From IMG/VR virus record IMGVR_UViG_3300038345_000144: DNA of 64,000 bases; one strand, given 5' to 3'. Below, in pieces: positions 58,490 through 64,000 of the stretch (position 1 is the stretch's first letter; each line of letters opens with the position of its first letter). The position numbers and the translations under genes are program-made. This stretch comes from a virus. Taxonomy: Duplodnaviria > Caudoviricetes. The notes beneath the pieces are model-generated. The model ran no database searches. It was given only the letters and a program-made list of their open reading frames with translations, and was not told where the DNA came from.

Positions 58490-58565
58490 TGGCGACTCTA
58501 ACGAGACTCGAACTCGTATCTTCGGAGCGACAGTCCGACATCGTAAGCCTTTGGACCATAGAGCC
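58490..58565 (-). tRNA. tRNA-Asp(GTC)
   Basis: Loop CT-GTC-GC. Confidence 0.88.
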
Positions 58566-58721
58566 ATCTAAAATTTTATTCTACCTACTAAACTTAAAAC
58601 TCTTGGCACTCGGTAAAGTGTGTTACTATTCGATACTTTTCAATGTGCCTATATTGTGTATCAAACTAACATAGAACTTGCCTCTCTATATAGCACATCA
58701 TAGATTAGCGTAGAGTTTGTA

Positions 58722-58798
58722 TGGTCGGGATGAGGAGACTTGAACTCCTAATTTCTCGCTTATCAGACGAGTGCTCTAACCAATTGAACTACATCCCG
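58722..58798 (-). tRNA. tRNA-Ile(GAT)
   Basis: Cloverleaf. Confidence 0.92.
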
Positions 58799-58848
58799 AT
58801 ATAAAATGCTGTTTTGAAAGAGAACTCCAACAGCGAAGTTTTAATCTC

Positions 58849-58926
58849 TGGTGGGTATGACAGGACTTGAACCCGCAATCCCCCGATTAAGAGTCGGGTG
58901 CATTAAACCAGTTTTGCTACATACCC
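58849..58926 (-). tRNA. tRNA-Lys(CTT)
   Basis: Cloverleaf. Confidence 0.9.
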
Positions 58927-59103
58927 ATAAATCCGTGTTCAGGCTGTAATCACTAACACGGTCATTCCTGTATTTAACCTCTTTCAGAAATCCAGGGAGG
59001 GCTTTTTACGCTTGTCCCGCATTACAGGCGAGAGTACGGTGTGTCGCATCACACGGAGATTGTTCAAGAGTTGCAACGCTCAAGGAAACCTCTTAATCCT
59101 TAT

Positions 59104-59180
59104 TGGTTGGGGATAAGGGACTCGAACCCATAACTTCTTGCTTGTAGGGCAAGCACTCTACTCTGTTGAGTTAATCCCCA
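59104..59180 (-). tRNA. tRNA-Val(TAC), C33
   Basis: Loop CC-TAC-AA. Confidence 0.88.
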
Positions 59181-59184
59181 ATAT

Positions 59185-59259
59185 TGGCTCTTTAGGGAGG
59201 ACTCGAACCTCCATCTTCCCGCTTAACAGGCGTTCGCTTTACCATTAGGCTACTAAAGA
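59185..59259 (-). tRNA. tRNA-Asn(GTT)
   Basis: Cloverleaf, weak anticodon stem. Confidence 0.82.
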
Positions 59260-59346
59260 ATATGGTGATTGTTAAAGTCCAATCTACTACCCATTGGTTT
59301 TTGTTTACATATAGGAAGGACCGCATTTGTTCGGAAACTCCCTCAC

Positions 59347-59422
59347 TGGCTCCTGTGATAGGACTTGAACCTACAACTTCTCGGTTAACAGCCGATTGCT
59401 CTACCGATTGAACTACACAGGA
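59347..59422 (-). tRNA. tRNA-Asn(GTT)
   Basis: Cloverleaf. Confidence 0.92.
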
Positions 59423-59426
59423 ATAT

Positions 59427-59497
59427 CGGGGTAATTTTTGAGAAGAATTACCAAACTCCTTACCGAGCCAAGTTTTGAATAGACCTGACGAAACTAT
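59427..59497 (-). ncRNA. two tandem mini-pseudoknots
   Basis: ATAG-TTT-CGTCAGGT-CTAT..AAA-ACTTGGC and AGGAG-TTT-GGTAATT-CTTCT..AAA-AATTACC. Confidence 0.55.
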
Positions 59498-59510
59498 ATT
59501 AAACTGTAAA

Positions 59511-59637
59511 CAAGACACATTTTTTTGCGTTCCTGCTCTACCAACTGAGCTACCTCCCCATTGGCGGGAAGGGTTGGACTCGAACCAACGACCAGGGGTT
59601 TGACAGACCAAGCGATAAGATTGCTGTGTGTGTCTCA
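59511..59637 (-). ncRNA. ACAGCAA-stem RNA 3 carrying a permuted tRNA-Asp-like domain (YrlA-like)
   Basis: Stem encloses GTC anticodon hairpin, T arm, acceptor stem closed by GCCAAT, D arm. Confidence 0.8.
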
Positions 59638-59645
59638 AACAGCAT

Positions 59646-59679
59646 TGGTGATAAGTTTTTGCAGAACCTAACAAACTGT
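59646..59679 (-). ncRNA. mini-pseudoknot RNA ending in CCA
   Basis: CAG-TTTG-TTAGGTT-CTG-CAAA-AACTTA-TCACCA. Confidence 0.6.
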
Positions 59680-59691
59680 TTTTTTAATTAA

Positions 59692-59761
59692 CAAGACCCG
59701 TTTGTTTCAGAGGTTTTTGATTATCAGTCAAATTCTAAAATAAGATTGCTGTATGGGTCTT
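59692..59761 (-). ncRNA. ACAGCAA-stem RNA 4 with a GAT anticodon stem-loop
   Basis: AAGACCC-ATACAGCAA..TTTGA-CTGATAA-TCAAA..GGGTCTTG. Confidence 0.75.
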
Positions 59762-59766
59762 AAATT

Positions 59767-59876
59767 TGGTTACTGATAACGAGACACGAAATTTTTATGG
59801 AGTCGAACCATATAAGTTTGAGTTGCAGTCAAATTTTTTACCGATAAGTAGATTGCTGTGTATGTCTCAATCAGTC
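59767..59876 (-). ncRNA. ACAGCAA-stem RNA 5 with a GCA anticodon stem-loop, T arm and ACCA end
   Basis: TTTGA-CTGCAAC-TCAAA; TATGG-TTCGACT-CCATA. Confidence 0.75.
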
Positions 59877-59912
59877 TGGTGAATAGTTTTTGGATAGAAC
59901 TAATCAAACTAT
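59877..59912 (-). ncRNA. mini-pseudoknot RNA ending in CCA
   Basis: ATAG-TTTG-ATTAGTT-CTAT-CCAAA-AACTATT-CACCA. Confidence 0.6.
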
Positions 59913-59920
59913 ATAAATTA

Positions 59921-59995
59921 CGAGACACAGTTTTTTAAGGGTGTTTCATTAAAAGTAAAATCCTGAAAAATCAAAGAGTTGCTGTGTGTGTCTCA
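59921..59995 (-). ncRNA. ACAGCAA-stem RNA 6 with a TTT anticodon stem-loop
   Basis: TTTTA-CTTTTAA-TGAAA inside the GAGACAC/GTGTCTC stem. Confidence 0.7.
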
Positions 59996-60000
59996 ATTTG

Positions 60001-60076
60001 TGGAGCCACCGACAGGACTTGAACCTGCAACCTACTGCTTACAAGGCAGTCGCACTACCAATTGTGCTACGGGGGC
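60001..60076 (-). tRNA. tRNA-Thr(TGT)
   Basis: Cloverleaf. Confidence 0.92.
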
Positions 60077-60158
60077 ATACAAAGGGTAACTAATGACGGA
60101 TAATTACCCAACCCGCCATCTTTCGATGGAGTAGTTATATGAACTCTACTAAACATAG

Positions 60159-60235
60159 TGGGGTGACATCCGAGACTTGAACTCGAACTAACAGGGTCAC
60201 AGCCTATCGTGCTAACCAATTACACCAATGCCACC
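60159..60235 (-). tRNA. tRNA-His(GTG) with encoded G-1
   Basis: 8-bp acceptor stem, G-1:C73. Confidence 0.9.
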
Positions 60236-60249
60236 ATATAAAAGATTAA

Positions 60250-60263
60250 GTTGTCAAAGAACA
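60250..60263 (-). promoter_or_regulatory. boxA-like antitermination element
   Basis: TGTTCTTTGACAAC; weaker copy GAACTTTGACAA at 60615-60626. Confidence 0.6.
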
Positions 60264-60354
60264 ATTCTTAATAGTAGTATCAATCTTTTAATACCTATTT
60301 CTTATAACTTCACACAGGATTTACTTAAATCTCCTGACTTGCTATTAAGAAGAA

Positions 60355-60431
60355 TGGTCAGAGTGGTGAGACTTGAACTCACAACCTCCTGTCTCCAAAG
60401 CAGGCAGTCTACCAGTTGACCTTACACCCTG
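60355..60431 (-). tRNA. tRNA-Pro(TGG), A37
   Basis: Loop TT-TGG-AG. Confidence 0.85.
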
Positions 60432-60514
60432 ATACGGTTCCCCATCTTTGTTTCTCTTCAGAACGGGGAAACTGAAGGTTTTTCACAGGAACTCTTTTTA
60501 TAAGAGTGTGTGAC

Positions 60515-60601
60515 TGGTGGGCAGGGAGGGACTTGAACCCCCAGAGTCTCTCGACAACGGATTTACAGTCCGTCCCGCTACCAGTTACGGTTTACCTACC
60601 C
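60515..60601 (-). tRNA. tRNA-Tyr(GTA)
   Basis: Cloverleaf, long variable arm. Confidence 0.9.
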
Positions 60602-60644
60602 ATATTATGTTCTTTTGTCAAAGTTCGTTGTGTAAAAGTCTCCT

Positions 60645-60687
60645 AAAAATAAATAACCCCTACACTTTTTCCGATGTAGAGGTTATT
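60645..60687 (-). terminator. attenuator-type intrinsic terminator ahead of the tRNA array
   Basis: AATAACCTCTACAT/GTGTAGGGGTTATT stem followed by TATTTTT. Confidence 0.7.
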
Positions 60688-60721
60688 CATAGGAGATTTT
60701 AGTATGAACACTTATTTCATC

Positions 60722-60871
60722 TTATGTTTTTATACCCTCTACGAAAGGAGTAATAATATCTTCTGTATTATAATCACTATACGCATAAGCAGACTGAACT
60801 GACGGTTCTACTTTCGTAAATGAACCGAGCACGATATTCTCAAAACGCTTATTCATAATAGAATGTCTCAT
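60722..60871 (-). CDS. 49-aa putative leader peptide (absent from the ORF track)
   Basis: GAAAGGAG RBS; MRHSIMNKRFENIVLGSFTKVEPSVQSAYAYSDYNTEDIITPFVEGIKT*. Confidence 0.7.
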   Translation of the reverse strand: MRHSIMNKRFENIVLGSFTKVEPSVQSAYAYSDYNTEDIITPFVEGIKT

Positions 60872-60902
60872 AAACTAACTCCTTTCGTTAGAATTCACAT
60901 TG

Positions 60903-60931
60903 ATTATAAGCAATCAAAATTGGTTTGTCAA
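60903..60931 (-). promoter_or_regulatory. consensus promoter of the main tRNA operon
   Basis: TTGACA-17-TATAAT. Confidence 0.85.
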
Positions 60932-60962
60932 TGGTCTGATTAAAATTTCCTGAAAAAATTTT

Positions 60963-61739
60963 TTATGCGATGGAAGTTACCTGAACCATTGGGGTTTCAT
61001 AGAAGTACATATATCCCTGAATTGTAATTGACTGTCCCTGCTGTAAGCCCTGAACGGCTGTATATACCGTTGACTCGGCTCCACCAACAAGGTAAGGATT
61101 TACAGCGAAGGTATATGTTACTCCACCCTGCGATGCCTTAAAGAAGATAGCGTCGCCTACTGAACCATTACCATTATATCCATATCTGAATACCGCACCG
61201 TCTTCCCAAGTTTCTACTACGAAACCTGAAAGTTGAATTTTTCTGTTAATATAGTCGCCTGCTGATGAAGCGAAGATTGTAGTAATATCAAGAGGCTGTG
61301 CAATTACAGGACTTGCAGAAAGAACTTCGATTGTTCCGTTTGCAATCTCTACCTCATTACTAAATACCTGCTTCGTTCCAGTAACCTTAACAGGTGTACC
61401 TTCAGTAATTGAGTCATAAACCGCCTGCGTAAGTCTTACATTATAGAGGAAGTACGCATTGTCGGAGGTCTGGTCCTTAATGAACATTGATGTATTACCG
61501 TCACCAGTCTCTTCTGCGATATAACTCATCTTTGCCTGAACATAGCCAGCAACTACTACCTGCTCTCCGAAGTTCGTTGCCAAGAACTCGTTATAAGTCA
61601 AGGTCGTTCCGTCTGTTACCAACATCGGTACTGTTTCGACTGTCGGAGTTGTAGGCTTATTACAACCTGCAAATGACAGACAAAGGGCAAATACCGTAAT
61701 CAGTCCCAAAAGTCTCTTAATGTTTTTTGTCATTATCAT
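60963..61739 (-). CDS. lipoprotein with probable OB-fold repeats
   Basis: Lipobox FAGC; V.V.G.V..G..V.VTG pattern twice. Confidence 0.7.
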   Translation of the reverse strand: MIMTKNIKRLLGLITVFALCLSFAGCNKPTTPTVETVPMLVTDGTTLTYNEFLATNFGEQVVVAGYVQAKMSYIAEETGDGNTSMFIKDQTSDNAYFLYNVRLTQAVYDSITEGTPVKVTGTKQVFSNEVEIANGTIEVLSASPVIAQPLDITTIFASSAGDYINRKIQLSGFVVETWEDGAVFRYGYNGNGSVGDAIFFKASQGGVTYTFAVNPYLVGGAESTVYTAVQGLQQGQSITIQGYMYFYETPMVQVTSIA

Positions 61740-62011
61740 AATTTACTCTCCTTTATTATGGCTATGATTAGTAAAAGTACAGCCATTATAAACAAAATTA
61801 TTGATGCAGTCATCCACACTGCTTGGGTTTCCCATAGTATATACACCTGCTCCATTGTGGTTTCTACAAACCAACACTGGTGAAATGCACCATAGGTTGC
61901 CTTGTTCATAAACATAAGAGATGCAGACAGAGATAACATTGACAATAGAAAGAAAACCAGCGTAGGTTCGGCTTTTAATTTACTTTTACTCTTTCTATTC
62001 TCAAGATACAT
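61736..62011 (-). CDS. small membrane protein
   Basis: Two TM segments. Confidence 0.55.
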   Translation of the reverse strand: MYLENRKSKSKLKAEPTLVFFLLSMLSLSASLMFMNKATYGAFHQCWFVETTMEQVYILWETQAVWMTASIILFIMAVLLLIIAIIKESKL

Positions 62012-62040
62012 TCCTTTCTGCTCCTATGTTTATAGGATTT

Positions 62041-62115
62041 TGGTGTCTCGGACGAGGCTCGAACTCGCAACTCCCTGATTAAAAGTCAGGTACTCTACCA
62101 TTGAGTCACCGAGAC
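62041..62115 (-). tRNA. tRNA-Lys(TTT), second copy
   Basis: Cloverleaf. Confidence 0.92.
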
Positions 62116-62662
62116 ATTTACCTTTGTAGTATAACAAAGGCTAAACATTTTGTAAAGTATTAAGATACTTCGTTTACGGAAACAATATCAAGCCAAAAGG
62201 CTTCATTTTTATGGCGGTTAATGAATTTTTCCTGTGCTTCTTCCTTCGTATCAGCATTGACACACTCTGCTGAAGCAAAATCATCACCATCGAAGATAAA
62301 TTCAATCTTATACTTATTCATAACCTCTTTCTCCTTTGTAAATATTAAACGGCTGTTTACTAAAGGTACAGCCGTAGAAACCTATAATTTTTTACATTTG
62401 ACAGGGTGAGTGACTCACTTTTCCTCCACCACAGAGGCGTTTTAGTGTGGGTGGTTAATCCCAAGATAAACTACCTGTCAAGTTGTGTTTTTGTACCATC
62501 AGGGTCAATGATGTTGGTCTTGGGCAACACAAAACACGAAAATACCCAATGGGTGGTCTTATCGCCAGACTCTTCCGAACACGACTACTTTGGTGTAGCG
62601 TACCGTTATAGCAACCTCTATAACCAGACATCTCTTTTGACCGAGGGTAGATGAAGCCCTAT

Positions 62663-62745
62663 TGGTGGGACTGAAGGGACTCGAACCCTCACGGTTTCCC
62701 GACGGATTTTAAGTCCGTTGCGTCTGCCAGTTTCACCACAGTCCC
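62663..62745 (-). tRNA. tRNA-Leu(TAA)
   Basis: Cloverleaf. Confidence 0.93.
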
Positions 62746-62810
62746 ATATAATTTTCAGAAAATAGGATATACTCTGCAAGTTCTATGAACCGAGTATATC
62801 CTTTTTCTAC

Positions 62811-62889
62811 TGGCTGGGGTAACAGGACTCGAACCCGTACCTCCAGAGTCAAAGTCTGGTGTGCTAACCAATTACACAGTCATACCCCA
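62811..62889 (-). tRNA. tRNA-Gln(TTG) with a 3-nt insertion before the D stem
   Basis: Loop CT-TTG-AC. Confidence 0.85.
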
Positions 62890-62964
62890 GTATTATTCTT
62901 CTGTGAAACTCGACATATTGAGTATAACAAAAGAATAAAGTCTTGTAAAGAGTTTTTTATAAAA

Positions 62965-63396
62965 TTATCTATCTAAAAATGTTCTAATGCTCATAATAGC
63001 CTGTCTATCTTCAGAAGACAACTTGGAGAACTCTCTACAAAGAATTAAAATTGCCCTAAAAGCACCTTCGTCAATGAAATGATGTGTATTTCTACCTTCC
63101 TTTGCATTGGCTTCATCCTGCTTTTTACAATTCTCCTTCTCCTCTTGAAGTGCCTTCTCAATGTCGGCATCGGTTAAATCGGCATAAGCCTCATAACCAT
63201 CCTTCAAAAGGCGTTGGCGAACAGGCAATAATAAAAAGGCAAACCCTTGTTCATAAGTTGTTGCAATATCTCTGGTCTCATCACTGATGTTCAGCCAGTG
63301 ACCCAACGCTTCATTCTGTTTCTTTTCTTCTGCGGATAATCGTCTTCCCATCTTAAATCTCCTCTCTGATTGCTCCTGCGGAGTCTGCGTCGGCAA
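62965..63396 (-). CDS. hypothetical protein (start probably MGRRL)
   Basis: GAGGAG RBS. Confidence 0.6.
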   Translation of the reverse strand: MPTQTPQEQSERRFKMGRRLSAEEKKQNEALGHWLNISDETRDIATTYEQGFAFLLLPVRQRLLKDGYEAYADLTDADIEKALQEEKENCKKQDEANAKEGRNTHHFIDEGAFRAILILCREFSKLSSEDRQAIMSIRTFLDR

Positions 63397-64000
63397 AACT
63401 CATAAGCAGGTCGAACTTTTCCTGACCGAGAAATCTTCTCCACTTGTCAAAGTTCTTCTGTGTACGGTCTTTATCCTTCTTCAAGAGCATATGATAGTTG
63501 ACAAGGAAAATACCTTCCAAATCAATAACTCCATCAATAGGGTGGGTAATAAGGTAGTATGCACCAACATTGGCGTGGTCATAGAAGTGATAACACTTCT
63601 TTTCCTCGTCCCAAGTCTGGGTGTATATCTTACCGATGTCGTGGTAAAACACATACTTTTGCTTATTATTATAATTAAATAGTCTATCAACAGCGACACA
63701 ATGCTCATAGACATTTTCCTTGTGCCATTTTGATGTCTGTTCAGTAGCCTTCATTTGAGCCTGAATTTCAGCCTCGTTAAGAGGGGCATTATCACCAATA
63801 ACCCTAATCTCATTGAAACCTTCCTCTCTAAAAGGCATTTCAAAACGGTGGACGAACTTCCAAATGACTGCCTCACCAACAGTTCTATCCCTCTTGCTAT
63901 CCTGCTCAATCGCCTTTTCAACAGGCACAGCAATAACAACAGCCACAAGGTTATACTTGTACTGCTTACCCATATTTACGGCTCTGGACCTATTCTTAAT
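63353..64000 (-). CDS. polynucleotide-kinase-like (AAA_33) plus HD-domain protein, 5' end outside the window
   Basis: Frame open to the edge; R.R.V.E.VI....FE.P...EGF then H.E.V.EH, YHDIGK, HA.VGAY, HM, AD. Confidence 0.75.
   Translation of the reverse strand: MKNRSRAVNMGKQYKYNLVAVVIAVPVEKAIEQDSKRDRTVGEAVIWKFVHRFEMPFREEGFNEIRVIGDNAPLNEAEIQAQMKATEQTSKWHKENVYEHCVAVDRLFNYNNKQKYVFYHDIGKIYTQTWDEEKKCYHFYDHANVGAYYLITHPIDGVIDLEGIFLVNYHMLLKKDKDRTQKNFDKWRRFLGQEKFDLLMSFADADSAGAIREEI

Noticed and set aside
59511-59995. ACAGCAA repeats as a CRISPR array for the I-E system
   Set aside because: The conserved parts are inverted arms enclosing the variable part, spacing is irregular, and the interiors are tRNA-like rather than spacers
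48847-60702. ORF-track ORFs overlapping tRNAs (e.g. 55105-55524, 57424-57732, 59192-59674)
   Set aside because: Shadow frames of tRNA and ncRNA genes with no RBS
43113-62889. RNase P RNA, SRP RNA or HDV-like theta ribozymes in tRNA spacers
   Set aside because: Signature motifs were not found by eye; a covariance-model search is needed to exclude them
1-64000. Stop-codon reassignment (code 15 or 4)
   Set aside because: Long genes are intact in code 11 and no CTA or TCA suppressor tRNA was found

Overview
This is a 64 kb piece of a large (jumbo-type) phage genome in the standard genetic code. The host is probably a Firmicute (Clostridia-like), inferred from sigma-A-type promoters, AAGGAG ribosome-binding sites, a SleB-like hydrolase and an ECF S-component. 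From left to right: recA/uvsX (truncated at the window edge); a plus-strand cluster of small modular hypothetical genes; a SleB-like cell-wall hydrolase; a complete type I-E interference module (cas8e-cas11-cas7-cas5-cas6e-cas3) with no cas1/cas2 and no array in the window; and an SplB-like radical SAM gene whose CxxxCxxC motif is split by a LAGLIDADG intein. Accessory genes follow (metallophosphoesterase, Thg1-like, YkuK RNase H-like, SSB, sigma factor, kinase-HD). A roughly 20 kb minus-strand RNA region holds about 45 tRNAs covering all 20 amino acids and a tmRNA. The most unusual signals lie in that region: (1) six RNAs share a GAGACWCAYACAGCAA...GTGTCTYG stem that encloses tRNA parts (anticodon loops, a T arm, a permuted tRNA), and two of them sit directly upstream of a TROVE/Ro-like vWA (DUF2828) gene; (2) a leader peptide, terminator and antiterminator, plus boxA-like motifs, head the tRNA operon; (3) a family of mini-pseudoknot RNAs, several ending in CCA; (4) several giant tRNA-framed RNAs. 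All calls come from manual motif and base-pairing inspection; no database searches or folding programs were run.
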